Shown here piece after piece: positions 17,932-26,327 of a DNA stretch of 64,000 bases; the first letter of the stretch is position 1, and the number at the start of each line of letters is the position of its first letter. The position numbers were made by a program, and so were the translations under genes. The stretch is from a virus. The notes beneath the pieces were generated by a model. It did no database searches, was not told the DNA's origin, and worked only from the letters and a program-made list of their open reading frames with translations. Location of the stretch: the IMG/VR virus record IMGVR_UViG_3300029286_000029; one strand, given 5' to 3'.

Positions 17932-18186
17932 ATGACAACAATATTTATAATTTGGTTAATAATCTCTATAATCCAATGGTTTATAATTTATAGTTTAGAA
18001 TTCGCTTTCTGGACTCGTTATCCAGATGGAGCACAATTAGTTGAATGGTATGGAGATAAACAAACAAAAGAAAATAAACAAACCTCAATATTATTAGCAT
18101 TTATCGCGTGTTGGATACCAATAATAGGAATAATTATATCATTCAGTTCATGTGAAAATGGAAAATACGGCTTAAGAATCAAATAA
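17932..18186 (+). CDS. Small membrane protein of 84 aa with two predicted TM helices.
   Basis: Hydrophobic segments IFIIWLIISIIQWFIIY and ILLAFIACWIPIIGIIISF. Confidence 0.5.
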   Translation: MTTIFIIWLIISIIQWFIIYSLEFAFWTRYPDGAQLVEWYGDKQTKENKQTSILLAFIACWIPIIGIIISFSSCENGKYGLRIK

Positions 18187-18299
18187 TCCCATGATCCGCA
18201 TCAAAGCCATCCAACGTGAAAAAAGAAAGAGAAACAACCAAAAAATGATTGTTTCCAATCGATCTATCTTTAACTTAATAACAATTAAAAGTAAAAAAC

Positions 18300-18506
18300 A
18301 TGCCAAATAGAAATATCCAAGAACTAAGCATCCTCATATTCCCTACTACTGAAGGAAAATGGCAATTCGATATTATGAATATTATTCCCGATTTTACTTC
18401 AGATGAACCAATTGATGGCGGCATTTGTACCACCACAATGCTTAACGCCCTTGAAATGGCTTATCAACAAGCTAGAGAATTAATAATCCATAAAGCAAAT
18501 AAATAA
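18300..18506 (+). CDS. Hypothetical protein, 68 aa.
   Basis: ORF track. Confidence 0.4.
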   Translation: MPNRNIQELSILIFPTTEGKWQFDIMNIIPDFTSDEPIDGGICTTTMLNALEMAYQQARELIIHKANK

Positions 18507-18510
18507 AATA

Positions 18511-18663
18511 ATGAAAGAAATATCGAGAAACGAAGCTATAAAAGAACTTCTTAATCCACAGTTTGAATCATTAGAAAATGAATACAGAAACAAAGCCGAT
18601 GAAGAAATTGAAGAAGAATATGAATTAGCATATAAAGAGAAAATAAAAATCACAACATTATGA
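18511..18663 (+). CDS. Small acidic helical protein of 50 aa, not in the ORF track.
   Basis: Manual translation gives MKEISRNEAIKELLNPQFESLENEYRNKADEEIEEEYELAYKEKIKITTL. Confidence 0.35.
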   Translation: MKEISRNEAIKELLNPQFESLENEYRNKADEEIEEEYELAYKEKIKITTL

Positions 18664-18923
18664 TCCCAATAAATAAATATAAACTAAATGACGCAACAAG
18701 ATTATTCTTTGTTGTAATAAATCCAGATACAAATGAAGAAATCTTCGAAACACTTGGAGAAGCACAGTCATATATCAACAACAAAAAACAAATAATTTGG
18801 ATTGCCCTAGTTAATCATGCTTATAAAGAACATGATTACAAAAAAAGTGACAAAAATTCAGTACTAAAATGGAATTACAATGATTTAGCCGATACATTCC
18901 AATTTATAAGAGTTATTGAATAA
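18660..18923 (+). CDS. Hypothetical protein, 87 aa.
   Basis: ORF track. Confidence 0.4.
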   Translation: MIPINKYKLNDATRLFFVVINPDTNEEIFETLGEAQSYINNKKQIIWIALVNHAYKEHDYKKSDKNSVLKWNYNDLADTFQFIRVIE

Positions 18924-19269
18924 CCACATGCTCACCCAACTCTTAATCACCTTAATATTCCTAGAAACCAATCTAACCCGCCTTCAAAATCATCTTCCTC
19001 AACTCACGCAAACGATTGAATTAAATCAAATCGCTCAAAATAGAGCTGAAACAATCAATAAAACAAGAAACTTCTCTCACAACACTTCCTGGGTCGATAA
19101 CACTGATTGTTCCTGGTATGGCGAAAATCTCGCCGAAGGTTACGATGATCCAGTCCAAGCCTGGCTCAAGTCACCAACTCATCGTCTTAATATCCTATTC
19201 CCTGAATTCAATCAGATCGGTATAGGAAAATCAGGCAAATACACCGTCGAAGTATTTTGCCAAGAATAA
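18916..19269 (+). CDS. CAP/SCP/PR-1-like domain protein, 117 aa.
   Basis: CAP signature-like segments CSWYGENLAEGY and WLKSPTHRLNIL..IGIG (compare GENIA and H.TQ.VW). Confidence 0.45.
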   Translation: MNNHMLTQLLITLIFLETNLTRLQNHLPQLTQTIELNQIAQNRAETINKTRNFSHNTSWVDNTDCSWYGENLAEGYDDPVQAWLKSPTHRLNILFPEFNQIGIGKSGKYTVEVFCQE

Positions 19270-19281
19270 AAAAATAAACAT

Positions 19282-19458
19282 ATGACACAAAACATGCCCC
19301 AAGAACCTAAAATAAGTCGTATTTACAACATTCTTTCGGAATATCGCATTGTTCATACTTTTGAAGTCTCTGGTCAAGATGAAAAAGAATGCAAAATGCG
19401 AGCCACCGAAGAAATGGAAGAATTCATTAATCACCTCGAATTAGAACAAGAACAATAA
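19282..19458 (+). CDS. Small hypothetical protein of 58 aa, not in the ORF track.
   Basis: Manual translation begins MTQNMPQEPKISRIYNILSEYRIVHTFEVSGQDEKECKMRATEEMEEFINHLELEQEQ. Confidence 0.35.
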   Translation: MTQNMPQEPKISRIYNILSEYRIVHTFEVSGQDEKECKMRATEEMEEFINHLELEQEQ

Positions 19459-19459
19459 T

Positions 19460-19867
19460 ATGGGTTTTGACTTAATGGGCCTAAAGGCCAAAAACAAAAA
19501 AGGAGAATATTTTCGTAACAATGTTTGGTGGTGGCGTCGTTTATGGAGATTTGTTTGTTTAAATTGCTCAGATATTCTCACCAAAAATGAACAAAAAAAC
19601 GGAGAATACAACAATTGTAAAGAAATATCAGAAGAAAAAGCATTAAAAATAGCCATCAGATTAAAAGAAAAAATAAAAGATGAAACTGTCTCAAATTACC
19701 TAAAAGAAGTAAATAAATTAATAAAAGAAGCAAAAAAAGAAAACAAAGAATACAATAAAATAAAAAGCAAAAAACATAATTGGGAAGAAGATTATCAATT
19801 CACTATTACAAACCTAAAAGAATTCATCACCTTTGTCGAAAATTCAGGTGGATTCGAAATATGCTAA
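19460..19867 (+). CDS. Lys/Glu-rich hypothetical protein, 135 aa.
   Basis: ORF track. Low-complexity and charged. Confidence 0.4.
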   Translation: MGFDLMGLKAKNKKGEYFRNNVWWWRRLWRFVCLNCSDILTKNEQKNGEYNNCKEISEEKALKIAIRLKEKIKDETVSNYLKEVNKLIKEAKKENKEYNKIKSKKHNWEEDYQFTITNLKEFITFVENSGGFEIC

Positions 19868-19874
19868 TAAAACC

Positions 19875-20063
19875 ATGGATAAAATAGAACAACAAAGCAT
19901 CCCTGTCTTATATAACGATGCCAGAGAACCAGTTGCCATTGTTTTATACTTCGAGCGTCATCGTATTGTTTACCTGCTTAAAGAAGCCAACGAAGAAGAA
20001 ATCGTCGCTCTCTTCGAAAAGAAAGATAAAATCATCAAACAAGATGCCAACAAAAAGAATTAA
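19875..20063 (+). CDS. Small hypothetical protein. The start is the internal Met of track ORF 19833..20063.
   Basis: MDKIEQQSIPVLYNDAREP.. in an ATAAAACCATGG context. The region has ORFs in all three frames, so assignment is uncertain. Confidence 0.3.
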   Translation: MDKIEQQSIPVLYNDAREPVAIVLYFERHRIVYLLKEANEEEIVALFEKKDKIIKQDANKKN

Positions 20064-20358
20064 AAAACCCAAAAAAGAAATTGATTTATATGATGCAGAT
20101 CATCCATTTCGTCGAACGGCCATCGACATCATTGAATCAGTCATTGAACCGCTTCTACAAAGAGGAATCAATGGCAAACAATATTATCATCTCGAAGATT
20201 CCATCACTATCGCTATTAACGAAAGACTCAAAAATCACTTCAAATTCACTAAACTGGATAATACCAACAAAAAAAGTCGAAAAATCATAGATAATGATGT
20301 TCTTCCAGACAGTGATAATGATGAATGGACTCAAGATGAAGAAAAAGATTCATTCTAA
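20044..20358 (+). CDS. Basic then acidic hypothetical protein. The start is an internal Met of track ORF 19918..20358.
   Basis: MPTKRIKKPKKEIDLYDADHPFRR.. The frame choice in the 19830-20360 region is uncertain. Confidence 0.3.
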   Translation: MPTKRIKKPKKEIDLYDADHPFRRTAIDIIESVIEPLLQRGINGKQYYHLEDSITIAINERLKNHFKFTKLDNTNKKSRKIIDNDVLPDSDNDEWTQDEEKDSF

Positions 20359-20378
20359 TTATTAACTAACCCAATTAT

Positions 20379-21002
20379 ATGGCCTGGCAATGCCCACACT
20401 GCAATCACACACTTGAGAAATTAAATTATGGCGTCGATACAAATCAAAGAGAATATGGAACCGCCTACTTAACAGACGAAAAACCAGAAACAACTGAAGA
20501 CAGAAATAATTCCAATGAAATGATTGAAGATTGGAATCAAGATGACAATGGAGATTCTGAATGGTCAGAAGATCCAAGTTATTCTTGTCATGAATGTAAT
20601 GAAGAATTAGAATTAAGTGACTTAATCTGGATAGAAGAAGAAAAAATAACAATAGAAAAAATAGAACCGGAAAAAACAACTGAACCAGAAGAAACTCTTC
20701 ATAATATAATCCATCCTGAAAAATCTCTTTTAGATGAAAGAGAAAATCGAAAAAGAGTCTTTGATGCAACAATAATCTGCAAAAAATGCAACCATGTTTT
20801 TATCAATGAAAATGATCAATATACAGATATGCATGGAATTAGCAGTAATGAAAACAATAGTTGCGAATGTCCAAAATGTTCAGAAATGAATTCCACCAAA
20901 GAATTCCAAGAATTACTCAAAAAAGGTTACTTTAACAACATTAATCCCAAACAATATGCAAGAAAGAAGAATAAATCTAAACTTCTCGGAACTTTGGGTT
21001 AA
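20379..21002 (+). CDS. Acidic multi-zinc-ribbon protein, 207 aa.
   Basis: Four CxxC pairs (CPHCNH, CHECNE, CKKCNH, CECPKC) separated by acidic linkers. Confidence 0.5.
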   Translation: MAWQCPHCNHTLEKLNYGVDTNQREYGTAYLTDEKPETTEDRNNSNEMIEDWNQDDNGDSEWSEDPSYSCHECNEELELSDLIWIEEEKITIEKIEPEKTTEPEETLHNIIHPEKSLLDERENRKRVFDATIICKKCNHVFINENDQYTDMHGISSNENNSCECPKCSEMNSTKEFQELLKKGYFNNINPKQYARKKNKSKLLGTLG

Positions 21003-21630
21003 TCCGAATAATAAATTCATTGTCAGATTCTTAGATATTAATGAACAAAGACAAAAAATGTTTGCCAAAAGAATCAAACAAACTGCCAAATATCGAAGAA
21101 TCAGGAATGAAAATGGACCAACAGAACAAGAAATATATGAATTATTATCAGAAATCAATCCTATAATCTTCTCTGAAAAAATAACAGATAGAGGATGGCA
21201 TAGCCCAAACAGTCCTCAAAATTTCAATTTCTTCCAATGTCACACAATCGCTAATCCATTATATCGAATTCTATGCAAAATAATCTATATTATCCTTTGT
21301 CTGAAAAAACCGTTAAAAACAAAGGAAATGAGCAATTTAATATATCTAATATGCGGAGATTGGAATCTAGTTACGGAATGGCGAAGAACACATTATCCAG
21401 AAATACCAGAATTAAATCCACATGCAATATTAGCTAATGAAAATCCCAGAAGAGAAGTCGAAGAAATTAGCTTAGATATTATTGAACAAGCCAGAAGAAG
21501 AGTTACTAATGGTCCAGAAGATAGAGGAGAAGAAGAAAATGCTAATGAACCAATAATGAGAAGCAGAACAATAATTGAGATAACTCCTGAAGGAATATAT
21601 AGAAGAGATTATAATGATTATAATATTTAA
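20956..21630 (+). CDS. Hypothetical protein of 224 aa. The true start may be the internal Met at about 21058.
   Basis: ORF track. It overlaps the previous gene by 47 nt when the first start is used. Confidence 0.45.
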   Translation: MQERRINLNFSELWVNPNNKFIVRFLDINEQRQKMFAKRIKQTAKYRRIRNENGPTEQEIYELLSEINPIIFSEKITDRGWHSPNSPQNFNFFQCHTIANPLYRILCKIIYIILCLKKPLKTKEMSNLIYLICGDWNLVTEWRRTHYPEIPELNPHAILANENPRREVEEISLDIIEQARRRVTNGPEDRGEEENANEPIMRSRTIIEITPEGIYRRDYNDYNI

Positions 21631-21650
21631 CAAATTAATAACTAATCAAA

Positions 21651-23285
21651 ATGTCAACAAAAGAAAAAGAAACCCTAAAAGAATTTGATTTCAAAATAGG
21701 CGCAGATCCAGAATTTATTCTCACCATGCAGGGCAGAAAGGTCGATGCCAAACAAACCATGGAAATAATGCTTAAAAATAAGCCAGATTTAAGAAAAGTA
21801 GGAATGGGTTATGCTATTAAAGACAAAAATTGTGGTGATATAGGTTGGGACGGAGCTGATTCCACCGGTGAAATTCGTCCTAGTGCCAGCAACGATCCCA
21901 AAAAAGTAATCAACAACCTCGGAACATTGCTAAAAATATTCACCAAATACATCAAACTTTGTGATATGTCCACCATCTCTGAATATAGTTCAATTGGAGG
22001 GCATATACATCTGGAAGTTCCAAAAGGAGAGCATTGGTCAAGAGAAAAAGAAAATCTTATCCATCGTCGATTAGCTTCATTTTATCTTCCAGTCTTAATT
22101 TCCGAAAATAAAACTAATCTAAATCTGAGATTAAGACAGTCATATGGCTCAATCAAAGATCATCGGATAGAAAATAAGTTCACTTATGAAGATGGCGCAG
22201 ATGGAAAAACATTCGAATTCCGTTGTCCATCAGCTGAATGGTTAACCACCCCTAAATTAGCCGAAGCCACTCTTGCTTATATGGCAGTTGTCTATCATGA
22301 AATTCTAAAACACCCTAAGAATTTCTCAAACTTCAATGATATTGTTTATAAAAGCGACAAACAAGGCGATGCTTTACAAACTCTAGCCATCATGGAATTC
22401 GAACTATTAACTGACAACATCTTACAAAAAGCCAGAAAATATGTCCGAACCTTCGAAATGTATCCACAATACAAAAATGAAATCGAATATATCTTTAATC
22501 CAAAACAAATAATTAAAGATAAGCAAAAAGCCGATTTCAACATTGCATTAGGTTGGAAACTTCTCGATCGGCAATCAGTTCCTAAGAAATCCGAAATTCT
22601 ATCATCAAAAAAGAAAATCATGAGCATTGCTAAACAAAAAGATTTCGATATCTTAAAACAAGTCATGAATATCCACCACAATGATGATACTAATGTCGGA
22701 GTCTTCGTCGAAAATCTCAAAGATCGAGTTGCTGCTTTCAATTGGAAGCTAAAAAACAATTATTTCATCTTCGGCATAAGAAAAGGCATCAATGAAATAA
22801 TCACCAGGAATCTAAAAGGTGAATATCTAACAGGTAAAAATATAATCAAAACAGAATTAGATCATGATGCTATTAGTCGTTTATTCGATAAAATGAATAA
22901 TAAATTCAATAGCAATATCGATCGCACCTTAAGCACAACTCTAGATTTCACCACCGGCAAACCAAAGGACTTAAGAGAATCAATCATTCTAATTGGTTTA
23001 CCTTATGGAATGAGAGTCAGTGAAGAAATTAAACCATTTCTTAATCTGATTTGGTCATTAGAGAAAGGTGAAATAACCAGTAAAAATGCAATCAATAATA
23101 AAAATGAACAAAAACTAATTAATGATTGTAATCTACCAGATGAACAAAAAGGTGAAATCTATAAAATTCTAAACAGAAAAATAGAAACCAATCAACAAGA
23201 AGTAGTGATGGATAATGGATCGACAAGCCTAAGACATCATTTGAACGCCGTCGACCAAATGATCAATGAATTTCCTGCAAATTAA
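21651..23285 (+). CDS. Glutamine synthetase-like amidoligase (Amidoligase_2/GCS2-like COOH-NH2 ligase), 544 aa.
   Basis: N-terminal FKIGADPEFIL matches the G.E.E-type motif. SIGGHIHLEV matches the G.H.H motif of GCS2/amidoligase families. The gene is followed directly by a class-II GATase gene. The assignment is motif-based inference. Confidence 0.5.
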   Translation: MSTKEKETLKEFDFKIGADPEFILTMQGRKVDAKQTMEIMLKNKPDLRKVGMGYAIKDKNCGDIGWDGADSTGEIRPSASNDPKKVINNLGTLLKIFTKYIKLCDMSTISEYSSIGGHIHLEVPKGEHWSREKENLIHRRLASFYLPVLISENKTNLNLRLRQSYGSIKDHRIENKFTYEDGADGKTFEFRCPSAEWLTTPKLAEATLAYMAVVYHEILKHPKNFSNFNDIVYKSDKQGDALQTLAIMEFELLTDNILQKARKYVRTFEMYPQYKNEIEYIFNPKQIIKDKQKADFNIALGWKLLDRQSVPKKSEILSSKKKIMSIAKQKDFDILKQVMNIHHNDDTNVGVFVENLKDRVAAFNWKLKNNYFIFGIRKGINEIITRNLKGEYLTGKNIIKTELDHDAISRLFDKMNNKFNSNIDRTLSTTLDFTTGKPKDLRESIILIGLPYGMRVSEEIKPFLNLIWSLEKGEITSKNAINNKNEQKLINDCNLPDEQKGEIYKILNRKIETNQQEVVMDNGSTSLRHHLNAVDQMINEFPAN

Positions 23286-23304
23286 TAACTAACCAATAAT
23301 CCAA

Positions 23305-24675
23305 ATGTGTGGACTTCTCGCTTGTTTTAACACCAAAACCAATAACAAGGAACCAGAAGATGCCAATGATTTCATTGTTAATCAATATGAAGATCAAGTC
23401 AATCGAGGATCAAAAGGATTCGGAATTATAAGAATAGACAAAAAGCAAAATATAGAAATTGATCGCGCCACCGAACCAGTCAAATTCTTACTTGATCTCT
23501 ATATGAAAAAATCCAATATGATTATCGCACACCACAGAACACCAACTTCTACCGATAATCAAATTGATCAAACTCATCCAATGTATGTAACCAATAAGCT
23601 ATTAAAATATGATTATTTGGTAGTTCATAATGGATTAGTCACAAATGATGAAGAATTGCATAAGAAACATCTAGAATTAGGATTCGAATACAGCACAGAA
23701 TACACAATTGAAGACAAATTCCTAAAAGAAAAAGCTAAATGGAATGATTCAGAATCATTAGCCATTGAATTAGCCTTATATATCGAAAAAAGAGTCGATA
23801 AAATAGGAATTGATAATGCTGCTGCGTTCATTATCGTCCAAATCAATAAAGAAAATCTTAAAGCCCATCGCATCTTCTTTGGACGACATGAAACATACAG
23901 CTACTTAAATCTAAGTAAAAAGAAAGGTGAAATGAAAATTTCCAGCGAAGGAATAGGTGAAGAAACAGCCGTCGATAAATTATATTCCTTCGATCCTAAT
24001 GATCCAAAAATGAAATTAACAAAAATCAAAATGACATTTTTGGAAAAACCACCATATGTTAGGCCCACAACAGGACTTTATGAAAAATCAACAACAGATA
24101 TTCATCCAGCCACAACTGCCATTACACCAACAACAGAAACTACATCCCAACCGACCTTAAGACAGTGGATGGGAGAAGATAATGAACCAAAAGGTGTAGA
24201 TGAATTAGCTGGTCCTAATGATTTTATCATAGAATTCGCTGACAAAGGTTATTTAGGAAAATTAAAAACCAAATTCACAGAAAACATAAAAGATATTAAA
24301 GCCGCAGATATAACTCAAGTTCTAAATGACACATTAGAAGAAGAAACAGATACACTTAATCAAATCGTCGAAGCATACAAAGAACAAGTAATCAGTCTAG
24401 AATACTTCGATGATAAAGACAAACAAGAATATATCAACCAGATTTGTCGAATCATTAATGGCATGAAAACAATAACTGAAATAGCCAATGATGAATATCT
24501 GCAAAAAGATTATGAAGAACAAGAAGCAAAAAAAGAATTTGGTGATGAATTAGGATATGCCGGATATCATGAATCAACTGGTGGAATATATGGTGACGAT
24601 TTCAGAGAAGAAGATGCTTTCGGCATGCCACCACATAGACCTGTTGGATACAAAACCCCATATCATCTAGGATGA
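23305..24675 (+). CDS. Class-II glutamine amidotransferase (Ntn hydrolase) domain protein of 456 aa. The GATase domain is about 200 aa and the tail is acidic and low-complexity.
   Basis: The catalytic Cys follows the initiator Met (MCGLLACF). IAHHRTPTSTD resembles the Ntn R..T motif. VVHNGLVTNDEEL matches the GATase-II HNG.I.N oxyanion motif. Confidence 0.75.
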   Translation: MCGLLACFNTKTNNKEPEDANDFIVNQYEDQVNRGSKGFGIIRIDKKQNIEIDRATEPVKFLLDLYMKKSNMIIAHHRTPTSTDNQIDQTHPMYVTNKLLKYDYLVVHNGLVTNDEELHKKHLELGFEYSTEYTIEDKFLKEKAKWNDSESLAIELALYIEKRVDKIGIDNAAAFIIVQINKENLKAHRIFFGRHETYSYLNLSKKKGEMKISSEGIGEETAVDKLYSFDPNDPKMKLTKIKMTFLEKPPYVRPTTGLYEKSTTDIHPATTAITPTTETTSQPTLRQWMGEDNEPKGVDELAGPNDFIIEFADKGYLGKLKTKFTENIKDIKAADITQVLNDTLEEETDTLNQIVEAYKEQVISLEYFDDKDKQEYINQICRIINGMKTITEIANDEYLQKDYEEQEAKKEFGDELGYAGYHESTGGIYGDDFREEDAFGMPPHRPVGYKTPYHLG

Positions 24676-25088
24676 ATAATTATCCCACCGAAAACCAAAT
24701 TCTAAAGAAAAAACCGTATCTCAGTAAGAAAATCATAAAAGCCATAATGATCTGGAAAAAACTAAATTTCTTTAACTGGTCAAAAAAAAACAAAAAAGAA
24801 AAAATAATTGAATTACAAGTATTAATACTTATGATTTCAATCATTGTTAAAAGAAAAATGATCAGCACAGAAGAAACAATGTTCTATGCCTATGATCCAA
24901 TAAGAATTAGAATATTCTTAAACAAAAATAATCCAAGCATTTTATCCACTTTACACGAATTAGGACATTATCTTTATGGTCCAAGTGAATTAACCGCTTG
25001 CCGTTGGTCAGTTTGGATCTTCAAAGAATGTTTTCCAGAATTATTCAAAAACCTAAGGTTCGAAGGCCATTTATTAGTTAAGAAATAA
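24672..25088 (+). CDS. Small HExxH (zinc metallopeptidase-like) protein of 138 aa. It is translationally coupled to the GATase gene through an ATGA overlap.
   Basis: LHELGHYLYGP contains HExxH. The start codon overlaps the upstream stop at 24672-24675. Confidence 0.45.
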   Translation: MNNYPTENQILKKKPYLSKKIIKAIMIWKKLNFFNWSKKNKKEKIIELQVLILMISIIVKRKMISTEETMFYAYDPIRIRIFLNKNNPSILSTLHELGHYLYGPSELTACRWSVWIFKECFPELFKNLRFEGHLLVKK

Positions 25089-25149
25089 CCCAATGACTCA
25101 AATCAGATCACCGTAAGAGAGATTATTAACATTAATAACTAATAACAAA

Positions 25150-25449
25150 ATGCCATCAATAACAATCCCAATCGGTTCTAAAGTCACCCAAACAGAAAGG
25201 AAAAACATTGAAATCCGAGTTCCAAATACAAAATTCTGGATAATCGGACATCAAGACATTACTAGCAAATTGTGGGATGTTTTCCTAGTCGACCCACAAA
25301 CTAAAAGAAAAGAATTAATAAGAGCAAATACTTCAACCAAGGTATTCTCAATGTACACAAACATTGTTCTTAAGCAAGAATTCCCTTATGAGGGAAAAAG
25401 AAACAAAAATTTCGAATTCATTAAAAAAATAATCAAAAAAATAAAATAA
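25150..25449 (+). CDS. Hypothetical protein, 99 aa.
   Basis: ORF track. Confidence 0.45.
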   Translation: MPSITIPIGSKVTQTERKNIEIRVPNTKFWIIGHQDITSKLWDVFLVDPQTKRKELIRANTSTKVFSMYTNIVLKQEFPYEGKRNKNFEFIKKIIKKIK

Positions 25450-25450
25450 T

Positions 25451-25897
25451 ATGAGTGAAAACAACACCGTTTCTACCGTTTTAACCGACAAAGTTAATGC
25501 CTTTAAACTCATCGCCCGCGATGCTCTTCGGATGAAACTTATCAGCCCTCGGTTAAGCAATATCGCCGATTTGGAAAATAACATTACCAACATTACCAAA
25601 GACATTAATGCCAATGATCATATGATCGTAGTTGCCAACTATGAAATGAAAAAATTGGATACTGAACATCCTGATTACGCTGAACACAAAGCTCGCAAAG
25701 AAGATAAAGTAAGATGCATCACCGAAAATGTTGTCAATATGAAGAAAAATATTGATGAAATAAATAAATATATCCAAGAACAAAAAGATGGAATCGCCAA
25801 GATTGAATTAGGTGAAACCAAAGTTTCTCTTGATGATCTTAACGAAATGGTCGATAAACTCGTTAGGGAAGACGCTTATGTTCAGGTAAAGTCCTAA
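25451..25897 (+). CDS. Coiled-coil hypothetical protein, 148 aa.
   Basis: ORF track. Heptad-like charged repeats. Confidence 0.5.
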   Translation: MSENNTVSTVLTDKVNAFKLIARDALRMKLISPRLSNIADLENNITNITKDINANDHMIVVANYEMKKLDTEHPDYAEHKARKEDKVRCITENVVNMKKNIDEINKYIQEQKDGIAKIELGETKVSLDDLNEMVDKLVREDAYVQVKS

Positions 25898-25904
25898 ACT
25901 AAGA

Positions 25905-25941
25905 TAAAAAAGGCGATAGCTTAACGGCTATCGCTTTTTTT
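25905..25941. terminator. Bidirectional rho-independent terminator: stem GCGATAGC/GCTATCGC, flanked by an A-tract and a T-tract.
   Basis: Perfect 8-bp stem with a 6-nt loop, a 7-T run downstream and an A6 run upstream. Confidence 0.6.
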
Positions 25942-25993
25942 ATGTAAGAATTTAAGATCTTATATTGACTGAAAAAATCAACAAAAAGCTCTA

Positions 25994-26021
25994 AAGCCAG
26001 CCTTATAAGCTGGCTTTTTTT
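25994..26021. terminator. Rho-independent terminator: stem AAGCCAGC/GCTGGCTT plus a T7 tract.
   Basis: 8-bp stem, 7-nt loop and a T-run. It is the second unit of a duplicated terminator plus TTGACTGAAAAAAT element. Confidence 0.55.
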
Positions 26022-26070
26022 ATGCAAAACTCAAAATTTTACATTGACTGAAAAAATGGCCGCGTCAAAA

Positions 26071-26107
26071 AGAAAAAGCGTCAACTAGCTGGTAGAGAAC
26101 GCTTTTT
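26071..26107. terminator. Terminator-like hairpin (AGCGT..ACGCT) with a flanking A-tract and T-tract.
   Basis: Imperfect stem followed by CTTTTT. It marks the boundary between the plus and minus transcription blocks. Confidence 0.4.
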
Positions 26108-26132
26108 CTAAAAATAACTTGTTTAAAATATT

Positions 26133-26288
26133 TTACACACCTTCTTCAATCGAAGGATCCACATCATCAACAATTTCATCAACCGGCTCAACATCCTCAA
26201 TTACTTCTTCTTCCTCTTCCGGAACAACCGGAGTAGAAGGAATTGCAACATTCTCTTCTCCACCGACACTCAAAGTTTCTTCTGCCAT
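26133..26288 (-). CDS. Very acidic 51-aa peptide. This is an alternative reading to the Ser-rich plus-strand track ORF 26119..26304.
   Basis: Minus-strand translation gives MAEETLSVGGEENVAIPSTPVVPEEEEEVIEDVEPVDEIVDDVDPSIEEGV. The strand matches the downstream minus block. Which strand is coding is unresolved. Confidence 0.3.
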   Translation of the reverse strand: MAEETLSVGGEENVAIPSTPVVPEEEEEVIEDVEPVDEIVDDVDPSIEEGV

Positions 26289-26327
26289 AAAAAATAAATA
26301 TTAAGTTTAGTAATCTAATCTCGACCG

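Noticed and set aside
22346-23873. Minus-strand ORFs 22346..22759 and 23625..23873 inside the amidoligase and GATase genes
   Set aside because: They are antisense to strongly supported coding regions and have low-complexity hydrophobic translation typical of AT-rich antisense.
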